Source: Candidatus Krumholzibacteriia bacterium (lineage in GTDB: Bacteria > Krumholzibacteriota > Krumholzibacteriia > JAJRXK01). Taken from it: a stretch of DNA of 64,000 nucleotides. How positions within the stretch are numbered: the first letter of the stretch is position 1; each line of letters starts with the position of its first letter. Positions 34,956 through 44,372 of this stretch are shown piece after piece. The translations under genes and the position numbers were made by a program. Under the pieces are notes generated by a model that did not search any database, was not told the origin of the DNA, and was given only the letters and a program-made list of their open reading frames with translations. The DNA is taken from contig JBGPIA010000005.1 in assembly GCA_041484665.1 (NCBI GenBank), forward strand, positions 179,342 to 243,341. The letters are read 5' to 3'.

Positions 34956-35435
34956 GTGCTGCGGCTGCGTGCAGGGAGTGCCGTACTGGCCCTCGCTGTG
35001 GTCGTGGTGACGGTAGCGGGCCTCATCCAGGCCGCGTCGGCCACGCAGGACCAGATGTGGCGTCTCCCCGGGTTCTCCGGGGACCGGAACGGATGCCTGA
35101 TCTGCCACGTCGGGCCGTCCGTTACGTCCCAAACCGTCAATCCCACCGACTGGATCAATGCTGAGACCTCGCTCAGCTCCTTCGGGAAGGACTGGGTGCG
35201 TTCCGGCAGGACGTGGAGTGTCCCGCTCGCCGCGGGCAACTCCGACGGGGACGCCTGCACGAACGGCTTCGAGCTGAACGACGAGAACGGAAGCTGGCAG
35301 TACAATCCCAACGGTCCGCAGATCGCGCGCCCGGCGGGAAGCAACCCCAGCGACGCCACGGACTGCGCCTTGCCGCTAAACGAGCAGAGCTGGGGCGTGT
35401 TGAAGGCCTTCTTCCGGGAAGACTTCCGCCGCTAG
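34956..35435 (+). CDS. small secreted CxxCH protein with SWGVLKAFF tail
   Basis: Signal peptide; CLICH; SFGKDW..NSDGDACTNGFEL Ca-binding-like loop; RBS gaggt + GTG. Confidence 0.7.
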   Translation: MLRLRAGSAVLALAVVVVTVAGLIQAASATQDQMWRLPGFSGDRNGCLICHVGPSVTSQTVNPTDWINAETSLSSFGKDWVRSGRTWSVPLAAGNSDGDACTNGFELNDENGSWQYNPNGPQIARPAGSNPSDATDCALPLNEQSWGVLKAFFREDFRR

Positions 35436-35508
35436 GCACGGGGAGAGTCCGCCCCTTCGCAATCGACAACCCGAAGCGATGGCAGCATCGCTTCCGCGCC
35501 GTTCAGTG

Positions 35509-35534
35509 ATGCCCCGCTGGACGGGCGTTTTTTT
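35509..35534 (+). terminator. candidate intrinsic terminator/attenuator upstream of purA
   Basis: ATGCCC-N8-GGGCGT stem running into a T7 tract. Confidence 0.5.
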
Positions 35535-35552
35535 GTGGGCCCGGAGAGTTGG

Positions 35553-36869
35553 ATGGCGACGCGATCGGTCTGGGCGGTGGTCGGGGGTCAGTGGGGAGAC
35601 GAGGGGAAGGGCAAGGTCGTCGACCGGCTCACCGACGGCTTCGACCTGGTCATCCGCCCCCAAGGGGGAGCGAACGCGGGGCACACGATCAAGCTCGGCG
35701 ACGAGAAGTATGTCCTGCACCTGCTGCCCAGCGGCGTGATGCGCGAAGGGGTCCGCTCGCTGCTGGGCTCCGGAATGGTCGTCGACCTCGGCAGCCTGCT
35801 CAAGGAGATCGACGACCTGGCCGAGCGTGGCATCGATGTGAGCGGCAGGCTGTTCCTCGCCAGCTCCGCCAACCTGCTGCTGCCCTACCACAAGCGCCTG
35901 GACGAGCTGCGCGAGAAGACGCTCTCGCGCAAAAGCATTGGCACCACCGGGCGCGGTATCGGTCCGTGCTACGAGGACAAGATGGCGCGCACGGGGCTGC
36001 GCGCCGGCGATCTGCTGCGCCCGCGCGACGCGCTGCGCCGCCTGGTGATCGACCGGGTGCTCGCTGCGAACAAGCTCCTGGCGGGGCGCTACGATGCCCC
36101 GGCCATGGCGAGCGAGGCGGTGGCCGAGGAGCTGCTGGGCCAGGCGGAGCGCGGTCGCTCGCTGGTTGTGAATGGCTACGAATTCCTGCGCCCGGTGCGC
36201 GAGGGCAAGTGGCGCACGCTGCTGGAGGGCGCCCAGGGCAGCCTGCTGGACGTGGACCACGGCACCTACCCCTACGTGACCAGCAGCAATTGCACGATCG
36301 GCGGGGCGCTGACCGGCTCGGGGCTTCCGGCGCGCTGCCTGGAGCGCGTGATCGGCGTGTACAAGGCCTACGCCACGCGCGTGGGCAACGGGCCGTTCCC
36401 CACCGAGCTGTTCGCCGACGAGGCCGAGGACCTCCGTGCGCTGGGCGCGGAATTCGGCGCGACGACCGGGCGCCCGCGGCGCTGCGGATGGTTCGACGCG
36501 GCAGCCGCTCGGTACGCCGCCGAGATCAACGGCATCGACGAGGTCGCCCTGACCAAGCTGGACGTGCTCACCGGCTCGGAGATCGTGCGCATCGGCGTCG
36601 GCTACGAGCTGGCCGGTAAGGCACTCCACGAGTACCCCGTCGATATCGACCGTCTGATGCGCTGCAAGCCGGTCTACCAGGAGATGCCCGGGTGGAAGGA
36701 GACGATCACCGAGGCACGTCGCTTCGACCATCTCCCCATCAACGCCCAGCGCTACGTCGCCGAGCTGGAGGCTCGCATCGGCGCGCCGGTGCGCTACATC
36801 TCCACCGGAGCGCGGCGCGAGGCCTGGATCGACCGGCAGGCGGCCGAGCGCAAGGCGACGACGGCGTAG
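35553..36869 (+). CDS. purA: adenylosuccinate synthetase
   Basis: QWGDEGKGK, QGGANAGHT, IGTTGRGIGP, EGAQG..DHGTYPYVTSS, TRVGNGPFPTE, TTGRPRRCGW. Confidence 0.97.
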   Translation: MATRSVWAVVGGQWGDEGKGKVVDRLTDGFDLVIRPQGGANAGHTIKLGDEKYVLHLLPSGVMREGVRSLLGSGMVVDLGSLLKEIDDLAERGIDVSGRLFLASSANLLLPYHKRLDELREKTLSRKSIGTTGRGIGPCYEDKMARTGLRAGDLLRPRDALRRLVIDRVLAANKLLAGRYDAPAMASEAVAEELLGQAERGRSLVVNGYEFLRPVREGKWRTLLEGAQGSLLDVDHGTYPYVTSSNCTIGGALTGSGLPARCLERVIGVYKAYATRVGNGPFPTELFADEAEDLRALGAEFGATTGRPRRCGWFDAAAARYAAEINGIDEVALTKLDVLTGSEIVRIGVGYELAGKALHEYPVDIDRLMRCKPVYQEMPGWKETITEARRFDHLPINAQRYVAELEARIGAPVRYISTGARREAWIDRQAAERKATTA

Positions 36870-36917
36870 CGCCAGCGTGGCCACGGCGTAGCGTCAGCGC
36901 GGCCGCAACGTAGCGTC
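36861..36917 (+). repeat. 22-bp tandem repeat (about 2.5 copies) at the purA stop
   Basis: acggcgtagcgccagcgtggcc acggcgtagcgtcagcgcggcc gcaacgtagcgtc. Confidence 0.6.
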
Positions 36918-36966
36918 GATCGAGCGCCGACGCCGCGCAGGCGCAGCGCCCGCGGAGCGAGGACGG

Positions 36967-39132
36967 TCAAAGGCGCCGGTCGCCCGCCAGCCGCACCAGC
37001 GCGAAGTGCACGTCAGTCGCCGGATGGAACGCGACGTTCTCGCTCGCGCGCGCTTGCAGCGCCGCCGGGACATCGCCCGCCGCGATCACGTCCCAGATCA
37101 CCCACTCCACGCCCTCGTGCTGCAGGCGCTGCACGTCGAGGTCGGTTGGCGAGGCGGACAAGATTTCGATGTGCCTCTGGTCCAGTGGCAGCGCGAGGAC
37201 GCCTCCCATCAACGTCCCCATGCGGCTCCAGGGCGAGCGGGCGATGTGTCGCGCCTGCAGGAACTCCGCACCACCCTTGCCCTGCGACATACCGGCGAAC
37301 AGCGCGTCGACCGTGGGAAGAAAGCGCTTCTGTGCCGTGATGGGATCGCGCACGCGCTGGGCCTGCCATTGCGCCCGGGCGGCGGTGGCCGACTCCCACG
37401 TTCCCACGGCGGCCAGAGCCACGCCCCACACCGCCACCAGGCCCACGGTCCACGCCCGCGCGCGTTTGCCTTCCGGGCGCAACTGGTCGTGCAAGAGCGC
37501 CGCCAGCGCCGGAAGCCCCAGGCCGTGCAGCCAGAGCGTGAAGCGCGCCCACCAGGCGGCTGGCTGGGCGAACAACGCCAGCAGCCCGAACACCGTCAGC
37601 AGCGCCAGCGACGATAGGCGTGTCGCGCGCGCGGCACCTGTCCGCCACAGAGCCACGAGGGCGACCAACCCGCCGGCCGGCCACAGCCAGCCGAGCCCTC
37701 CGGTGGCGTAATGGCTGCGGATCGGAGCGTCGGTCTGTAGCCACGACCAGGGCATGCGCGCGGGCCTGGGCACGTGGCGCAGCCAATCGGGCATGTCCTG
37801 GTCGGTCATGAGCCGCGGGTCGTAGCCCGCGATCAGCACGCGCGCCCCGAAGCGCACCTGGACCGGATACAGGGGGTTGCCCGTATGGAGGAGGTCACGC
37901 GCGTACCAGTATCCACCGACGAGCACTGCAGCCAGAATGCCCAGGCTGCACCAGGCTGCAACGCGCCGGGGCGTCGCGCGCGCGCGTTGGGTGGAGGTAC
38001 GCGGAGAGCCAGGGCGCTGCGCGTCCACGCGCGGCGGCTCAGCGCGATGGCTTCCGGTGTGCCGTGCCGTTGCGCGCTGCGTGCTCGCCCGCCGCGCGAT
38101 CGCCAGCGGCAGCACGAGCACCGCCAGGATCAGGAAGAACGGCAGGCCCAAACCCTTTACGCCCAGCATCAACCCGCAGCACAGGCCCCACAGCACGGCG
38201 GTCAGCCTGACTGGCGGCCCGTCGCCCGCGATCAACAGGGTCGAGGCGGCCAGCGCCGCGAATACGGCACACGCGAACGCCGGCTCGACGTAACACGTGG
38301 CGCTCAGAATCGCGAATGTGGGAACCCACGCGATCGCGCCGGCGGCGACCCAGCGCCACGCGCCGCGCGCGCCCAGGCTCTGCGCCAACACCGCCAGCGC
38401 CACGGCGCCCAGCGGCCAGAACCACAGGCTGCTGGCGTCGACCAGGCGGCTCGTCCCAGTCAGCCGGTGCACGAGGAAGCTCACGACCTCCGCCGCCATC
38501 GGATAGCCATTGGCGAAGGGGATGTCGGTGAGCCCCGGGATCCAGCACACGCGGCCCGCGGCCGCCCAGCCGTTCATTGCGGGCAGATGGTAGTAGAGAC
38601 CGTCCCAGTCGTAGTCGGGGCGCTGCCAGGTCAGCGCCCACAGCTGGATCCAGGTCCAGGCTGCCCAACCGCAGGCAACCAGCGCGGCGGCGACCGACCA
38701 GCGTGAGACGGCGGCTGGCGTGGCGGCTGGCGTGGCGGCTTGCGTGGCGGCGGGCGTTGCCGGGCCGATCACTCTGGCGGGCGTCGCAGCGGCGGTCGCC
38801 GGGGTGGTCGCGGTGCTCGTCGCCGTAGCCGTGCGGAACGCTCGCGCGAATGCGACAGCCAGGCACGCCGCCGCGAGCACGATGCCGCCCGCAAGAGGGC
38901 GGGAGAGCGCGATGCCCATTGCCGCGGTGCCCAGGCACAGCGCCTGGACCAGGGCGTGCAGGGCGGCCAGGAAGACGAAGCTCGCGACGAGGCCCCAGCG
39001 ATTGCGCTGCGGTGCTGCGGCGCCCGCGCTCACCATCGCCGCCGGCTCTTCATGGCCGCCGCCGCGAGCTGCAACCGCCGCGCTGCCATCGCCACGCGCT
39101 GCCGCCACCGCGAGCTGCCACCACCCGACCAT
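36967..39132 (-). CDS. polytopic membrane protein, GT-C/ArnT-like
   Basis: Many TM helices; DWDGLYYHLP, YP..AE, G.KG, WYARD..TGNPLYP motifs; start uncertain. Confidence 0.6.
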   Translation of the reverse strand: MVGWWQLAVAAARGDGSAAVAARGGGHEEPAAMVSAGAAAPQRNRWGLVASFVFLAALHALVQALCLGTAAMGIALSRPLAGGIVLAAACLAVAFARAFRTATATSTATTPATAAATPARVIGPATPAATQAATPAATPAAVSRWSVAAALVACGWAAWTWIQLWALTWQRPDYDWDGLYYHLPAMNGWAAAGRVCWIPGLTDIPFANGYPMAAEVVSFLVHRLTGTSRLVDASSLWFWPLGAVALAVLAQSLGARGAWRWVAAGAIAWVPTFAILSATCYVEPAFACAVFAALAASTLLIAGDGPPVRLTAVLWGLCCGLMLGVKGLGLPFFLILAVLVLPLAIARRASTQRATARHTGSHRAEPPRVDAQRPGSPRTSTQRARATPRRVAAWCSLGILAAVLVGGYWYARDLLHTGNPLYPVQVRFGARVLIAGYDPRLMTDQDMPDWLRHVPRPARMPWSWLQTDAPIRSHYATGGLGWLWPAGGLVALVALWRTGAARATRLSSLALLTVFGLLALFAQPAAWWARFTLWLHGLGLPALAALLHDQLRPEGKRARAWTVGLVAVWGVALAAVGTWESATAARAQWQAQRVRDPITAQKRFLPTVDALFAGMSQGKGGAEFLQARHIARSPWSRMGTLMGGVLALPLDQRHIEILSASPTDLDVQRLQHEGVEWVIWDVIAAGDVPAALQARASENVAFHPATDVHFALVRLAGDRRL

Positions 39133-39142
39133 GGCCGTCCGC

Positions 39143-40864
39143 TCACCATTCCTGGAAGATCTTCAGCGTGATCGCCCACTGGTCGTAGAAGTCGGTGGTG
39201 GAGACGTCGTAGCGCAGAGACACGCCGCGATCGTGGCGCAGGTACAGGGTCCCGGCGGCATTGTACGAGTGGCTGTTGTAGCCGACGAGCGCTGTCGACG
39301 GGCCGACCAACATGTAGGCCACCGTGCCGGTCTCGAAGCCCGCCCCGAGCACGAGCTTGCGGTGCTGGTTGTAGAGCAGGCCGGCGCCCGCCGAGCGCGA
39401 GGTCGTCCTGCCGGGATAGCCGAGGTCGATGCGGCCCGAAGCGGCCAAGCTCCACGGTCCGCCGAGTCCGTAGCGCAGTCCCACCCCAAAGCCGTCGGAG
39501 CGGTTCTCGGCCTTGCTCTGGACGTGCGTGTAGCCGGCGTTCAGCGTGAGTCGGTCGGCCCTCAGCATTCCGTGCATGATTCCGGCATCGAAGCGCCAGT
39601 CGGGGAAGATCACCTCGCCGGTGCCGGTGCTGAAGCCCAGCGAGGCGCTGGTGTCCCGCCGCAGGAAACGCGTGTAGGACAACCCAGCGCCGACCCCCTC
39701 GTCGCCGAAGCGGGCCGCCCGGCCCACATCCACGCGCCAGCCGTCCACGAAGGCGCGCGCGAGAGTGAAGCTGGCGAACTCCGCGTCGGAGGTGCCCAGG
39801 CCGGCGGTGTAGTGGCCGTAGCTTGCGCCAAGCTCCAGAAGGCGCGTCCATGCCACATCCGTCGCGCGCGCCGTCGAGGCGCCGCCGGCGATCAGTGCCA
39901 GCACGGCCGCGCCCGCCGTGGCGGCCACGCCCGCCATGCCGGCCGTGCCGGCCGTGCCTGCCGTGCCTGGCGTGCGCGCTGTGCGCGTCTTGCTTGCCTT
40001 AGCCGCCTTGCCCGCGGCCTTCGTTCCGTTGGCCCAGGTGCGCGGACGGCGCGGCCAGGTCGCCTGATGGTAGGGGAGCGTGCGCCAGCTCATCGCCCAG
40101 GCGTACAGCCCGACGATCAAGCCCACGTCCAGGGGCAGGCCGAACATCCAGAACAAGAGAGGCATTACGAGCAGCGAGCCGTGGTGGATCAGGATGGCGT
40201 GCCCCAGGTACTGCATCGGGATGAACAGCGTCAGATGCAGCATCACCAACAGCACCAGCGCTAGTTTCTTCTTGCGGCTGAAGTCCAGCGTGAAATAGGT
40301 CGCGCCCAACAGCACCGGCACCAGGCCCGTCAGGAACATCCCGGCGATGAGCACCACGTGGGTGTAGCCGGCGATGTCGTAGGGGAAGGCCCCGGGGAAC
40401 AGCCAGAAGAATACCAACGAGCTGGTCTGCACCAACGCCGCCAAGCGCAGCAGGTAGACCAACGGCAGCGCACGGCGGCGCGGCAGCAGGAAGCTGACCA
40501 GGAACGCGATGGCGGTGACGGCTATGGTCGTGAGCCAGATGGTGCGCGACAGCGGTGCCGCCGTGGCCGCGACCATGGGGAACTCGAGATGGAAGCGGTG
40601 GAGCACCGTGTAGCGCACCGGCTGGACTGAGGCGGTGAGGCCCAGCGCGCCTCGCCAGAACTCGAGGATGGCCATCCAGAGTCGGCTGACCTGGTTGATC
40701 GCGAGGAACCACGCGACCGCGAGCGCCACTCCCAGCGTCGCCGACAGTGCGATGCGCGCCGCGCGCAGGTCCAGGGTGAGGATCGCGCGGTGCGGCACGA
40801 TCACGCCGCCACCATGCCCGCGCTCGCGCAGCGCGGTCTCGATGGGATCGACGTGCCGACTCAT
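39143..40864 (-). CDS. inner-membrane domain fused to a YaiO-like outer-membrane beta-barrel
   Basis: N-half has about 6 TM helices; C-half has amphipathic beta strands (RFGDEG.GAG, IFPDWRFD) ending in aromatic IFQEW. Confidence 0.6.
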   Translation of the reverse strand: MSRHVDPIETALRERGHGGGVIVPHRAILTLDLRAARIALSATLGVALAVAWFLAINQVSRLWMAILEFWRGALGLTASVQPVRYTVLHRFHLEFPMVAATAAPLSRTIWLTTIAVTAIAFLVSFLLPRRRALPLVYLLRLAALVQTSSLVFFWLFPGAFPYDIAGYTHVVLIAGMFLTGLVPVLLGATYFTLDFSRKKKLALVLLVMLHLTLFIPMQYLGHAILIHHGSLLVMPLLFWMFGLPLDVGLIVGLYAWAMSWRTLPYHQATWPRRPRTWANGTKAAGKAAKASKTRTARTPGTAGTAGTAGMAGVAATAGAAVLALIAGGASTARATDVAWTRLLELGASYGHYTAGLGTSDAEFASFTLARAFVDGWRVDVGRAARFGDEGVGAGLSYTRFLRRDTSASLGFSTGTGEVIFPDWRFDAGIMHGMLRADRLTLNAGYTHVQSKAENRSDGFGVGLRYGLGGPWSLAASGRIDLGYPGRTTSRSAGAGLLYNQHRKLVLGAGFETGTVAYMLVGPSTALVGYNSHSYNAAGTLYLRHDRGVSLRYDVSTTDFYDQWAITLKIFQEW

Positions 40865-42036
40865 GACGTCACCACCCCGCCCTTGCCCGCCCAGGCGCTG
40901 CCATGGAGCACGGAGCCCAGCTGGATCTCCAGCGTCTCGGCCCGCAAGGTCGTCGGGCGCTGCGGCGTTCCCACGACGCAGCCACGGGCCAGCTTGAGGT
41001 GCCGCTCCGCCAGCGCCGGTCCGTGGATGACGCAGCCCTCGCGCACGATCAGATTGCGCTCGCTCACCACGCTGCCCTCAACCTGCACGCCGGCCTCCAA
41101 CACGACATTGTGGCGGCCCTTGAGGCTGCGCCGGCACAACGATCCGGCGCCCACCACGAGCTCTCCAATCACCACCAGATCGAAGTCCACAAGCGACCCC
41201 GGCGGAATCTTCAGGTCCCCGCGCACGAGCGCGCGCCCGACGCTGAAGTCTGCCAAGTGCCGCAGCTTTTGGGGGTGGAGCGGCCGCAACGAGGAGGCGT
41301 CGAGCAAGGCGGCGCCTGGTGCTGTGGGTTCGGCGCCGTGGGGCGCGGTGTCGCCCTGCGGCGAGGGCGCGGTGGCGCCCTGCGGTGCGGGCGCCGCGGT
41401 GGCGAGCACCTCGCCAAAGCGGATGAGCGGAGCATTCAGGCGATCGAAGCGGCAATCGCCCAGGACGGTCAGGGCCACGTCTGCCGATGCGCGGCCGTGC
41501 AGATGGCAGCGCGGGCCAACGTGCAGCTCGCGCCCCGCGTGGATCCAGCGCATGACCGAGGAGTCCGGCCCCAGGTTGACGTCGCCTTCGGCGAGGACGG
41601 CGCGGTAGCGGCTCTTCGCCGCGCCCATGAAGGCGCCGGCCGCGTACAGCTCGCGGGTGTACGTCGCCGCTGTCATCGGGTGGAGGTCGGCCATGGAGAG
41701 CAGGATTCGGTCGCAGCGCCGCGCGCTTTCCTCCTGGGGAGCGAGCGTCATGGCGTAGCCGCCCGGCATGATGGTGAACGGCTCGACGTTGCCCAGCCGG
41801 CCCGACAACGGCTTGCCGGTCTCCTGCGCCGAGCGCAGCAGGGGCGCGAAACGCTGCGGCAGCAGCCCGCGGAAGCCGTTGGCCAGGTGGCGGACGTCCA
41901 CGCGCGAGTCGGCCGAGACCGACAGGGGCTGGACGTCGCGGCGCCGCCTTATCTCCAGCAGCCCAGGCAGGAACGCCAGCGCGAACAGCGCGACCGTCAG
42001 CGCGAAAAACAGGGCGTAGACCAGCGGAATGCTCAT
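40861..42036 (-). CDS. membrane-anchored beta-helix (bactofilin/polymer-forming-like) protein
   Basis: N-terminal TM helix then repeats such as VLAEGDVNLG, VRGDLKIP, VEGSVVSE, IHGPALAE; ATGA overlaps on both sides. Confidence 0.6.
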   Translation of the reverse strand: MSIPLVYALFFALTVALFALAFLPGLLEIRRRRDVQPLSVSADSRVDVRHLANGFRGLLPQRFAPLLRSAQETGKPLSGRLGNVEPFTIMPGGYAMTLAPQEESARRCDRILLSMADLHPMTAATYTRELYAAGAFMGAAKSRYRAVLAEGDVNLGPDSSVMRWIHAGRELHVGPRCHLHGRASADVALTVLGDCRFDRLNAPLIRFGEVLATAAPAPQGATAPSPQGDTAPHGAEPTAPGAALLDASSLRPLHPQKLRHLADFSVGRALVRGDLKIPPGSLVDFDLVVIGELVVGAGSLCRRSLKGRHNVVLEAGVQVEGSVVSERNLIVREGCVIHGPALAERHLKLARGCVVGTPQRPTTLRAETLEIQLGSVLHGSAWAGKGGVVTS

Positions 42037-44183
42037 CGGCGGTGTCCGTTGTGCTCGGTCTTGTGCCAGCGCAGCTCGCGGCGCGGATCGACGGCGATCA
42101 TCTGGCGCAGCGTCTCGCGCGAGACGGCCAGGATCGTCACCAGGAAGCCCAGCAGGATGAACGGGATGAGCCGGGCGCGCTCGCGCGTGCGGTCCAGGTG
42201 AGTGGCTGCGGCCACCTCGAAGAACGTAGCGAAGTTGCCGATCGTGGAGTACGAGGCCACCAACAGGATGATGATCAGCCCGGGCTTGTTGACGCCCAAG
42301 TACCAGAGCGACAGCGCGATGGCCCACCCCAGCACAAGCAGGGGCGACATGAAGAACACGCCCAGCAGCAGTAGCCCGTCGAGCCTCTCCCGCACGCGCG
42401 TGCGACGGTTGAAGATCAGGCGCCGGGTGTAGCGCCACAGGCACTGGTTGTGGCCGCGCGACCAGCGGACCACCTGGCGCACCCGCTCGTCCCAGCTCTC
42501 CGGGACCTCTTCGTAGCACTCCGAGCGATTCTGGTAGACCGTCTTCCAGCCGGCCAGCAGCAGCCGGTAGGTGGCGTCGGTGTCCTCGGCCAGGCTGTCG
42601 ACGCTCCAGCCGCCGACGCTCTCCAGGGCGCCCTTGCGCACGCCGCCGACCGTGCCGCCGTACTGGGGGACCAGGCGCAGGTTCATGCGCGCCTGCTGGT
42701 CGACCTGGTAGCCGCCCGAGCGCTCAAGATCAATCAGGCGCGTCAGCACGTTGGCGCCTGCGTTGGACGGCACCACGCGCCCCATGACCGCGCCGACCTC
42801 CGGATCGAAGAACGGCGCCACCAGCTGCCGGATCAGCCCCTTGCCGGGTACGTAGTCGGCGTCGAACACCAGAACGATCTCGGTGTCGACGAACTGCATG
42901 GCATCGCGCAGTGCCGCTCCCTTGCCCGCCTTCCCGCTCGTGCGGTGGTAGGGGCGGATCACGTCGGGGTGCTGGCTCGCGTACGCGTCGATGATCTCTG
43001 CGGTCTTGTCCGTGGAGCGGTCGTCGACCGGGATGATCTTCAAGCGCTCGATGGGATAGTCGACGATCAGCAGCGCATCCAGCATGCGCGCGATGACCGC
43101 CTCTTCGTTGTGGGCGGGGACCAGCACGGTGATGCTCGGCCAGTCCGCGCTGTCCACGTCGAGGTAGGGGAAGCGCTGGCGCCCGAAGAGCCGATTGAGC
43201 GTGAAGGCGTAGTGGCGTAGTAAGTAGAGGCAGACCAGCCCGACGATGACGTAGAGCAGGATCACCTGCGCGAAGATGTGCGGAGGGTAAGCCGAGAGAG
43301 GGATGGGGGCGGAGGAGGCGGCGGAGGGGACCTCCGAGGGGACTGCGGAGTGGACCGCGGAGTGGACTGTGGAGGGGGCGATGCGCGTTACGGTGTGGGC
43401 GGCGGGGCGCGCAGCGGCGTGCGGTGCGTCGGGCGGGTGGGCGTGGGTCGCTGCTCCGGTCACAGCTTGGGTCGGGCTGTGGGCTGCCGTGGGCCCGGTG
43501 GCGTGGGCGGAAACGTGCGCGGCCCCTTGTGCGGCCGCGGCGCCGGCTTTGAGGGGTGCCGTGGTGGCATGTGGCACGGGTTGTACGGCCGGTCGGCCGG
43601 CACGGTGGGCCGTCGCGGGAGGCGCCGGATGGGTTGCGGCGTGGGCTGCGTTGTGGGCTACGGCGTGGGCTACGACGGGAACCGCCGCGTGGGTTGCGGC
43701 GTGGGCTGCAGCAGGATGGGCTGTGGTGCGGTCTGCAGTATGGGCTGGGGCGGGTGGGGCGGCGTCGGGTGCCGCGTGTTCCGCTACCGTGGTTGCCGCA
43801 CGGGCGGCAGCAGCGGTGGCGCGAGGTGTGGCAGCGGCCGCTACCGCAAGCGGCGCGAGGCCGGCGACCAACAGGAAGGCGCGCGCAGCGGCAACGAGGG
43901 CCGCCAGCGCGATCGACAGGGACGTCGGCGCCTTGGAGGGGAAGAACGGGGAGTGCCGTGGGGCAACGAGCAGGCTTGACGCCGACTCCCCAGGCCTGTG
44001 GCCGGTCAACCAGTCACCTCGGACGATCCCGTCCGCCCCAGAACCCTGTGAGTATACCGGATCGGCCAGGCGTGTGGTGAACGAACTGCGCACGGGGGCT
44101 GGGGCAGCGGCGGTCTGGCCATCGGGCCGCGGGCTGGCGATCAGCTCGCGAGCAAGCGGGTGGGCGAGGAGTCGGCCGCGCAC
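42033..44183 (-). CDS. processive family 2 glycosyltransferase with His/Ala/Pro-rich N-terminal extension (start uncertain)
   Basis: VPAHNEE, DDRSTD, GKGAAL, FDADY, SLAED, QVVRW (QxxRW), C-terminal TM helices. Confidence 0.85.
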   Translation of the reverse strand: MRGRLLAHPLARELIASPRPDGQTAAAPAPVRSSFTTRLADPVYSQGSGADGIVRGDWLTGHRPGESASSLLVAPRHSPFFPSKAPTSLSIALAALVAAARAFLLVAGLAPLAVAAAATPRATAAAARAATTVAEHAAPDAAPPAPAHTADRTTAHPAAAHAATHAAVPVVAHAVAHNAAHAATHPAPPATAHRAGRPAVQPVPHATTAPLKAGAAAAQGAAHVSAHATGPTAAHSPTQAVTGAATHAHPPDAPHAAARPAAHTVTRIAPSTVHSAVHSAVPSEVPSAASSAPIPLSAYPPHIFAQVILLYVIVGLVCLYLLRHYAFTLNRLFGRQRFPYLDVDSADWPSITVLVPAHNEEAVIARMLDALLIVDYPIERLKIIPVDDRSTDKTAEIIDAYASQHPDVIRPYHRTSGKAGKGAALRDAMQFVDTEIVLVFDADYVPGKGLIRQLVAPFFDPEVGAVMGRVVPSNAGANVLTRLIDLERSGGYQVDQQARMNLRLVPQYGGTVGGVRKGALESVGGWSVDSLAEDTDATYRLLLAGWKTVYQNRSECYEEVPESWDERVRQVVRWSRGHNQCLWRYTRRLIFNRRTRVRERLDGLLLLGVFFMSPLLVLGWAIALSLWYLGVNKPGLIIILLVASYSTIGNFATFFEVAAATHLDRTRERARLIPFILLGFLVTILAVSRETLRQMIAVDPRRELRWHKTEHNGHRR

Positions 44184-44215
44184 GGGGCGCCGGTGCCGCG
44201 CCGGAGGATGCCAGC

Positions 44216-44244
44216 TTGTCGGGGGGAGAGGGCGTGCCTACACT
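44216..44244 (+). promoter_or_regulatory. candidate sigma70 promoter of tRNA-Lys
   Basis: TTGTCG-N17-TACACT about 85 nt upstream of the tRNA fragment. Confidence 0.5.
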
Positions 44245-44330
44245 CGGGCGGCCTGCGGGCGGAGGCCGTGTTCGCTCGCCTCCCGCGATGCGGCAGGTGC
44301 GGCGGATGGGTCGTGTCTGCAAGTTGGGAT

Positions 44331-44372
44331 GGGCCGCTAGCTCATCTGGTAGAGCAACGGACTTTTAATCCG
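44331..44372 (+). tRNA. tRNA-Lys(TTT), 5-prime part only (truncated; probable att junction)
   Basis: GGGCCGCTAGCTCATCTGGTAGAGCAACGGACTTTTAATCCG followed by non-tRNA sequence; no T-arm or CCA. Confidence 0.85.

Noticed and set aside
34539..36917. CRISPR-like appearance of the tandem repeats
   Set aside because: No unique spacers and no cas genes; the engB repeats are coding and the purA repeat is a short contiguous duplication.
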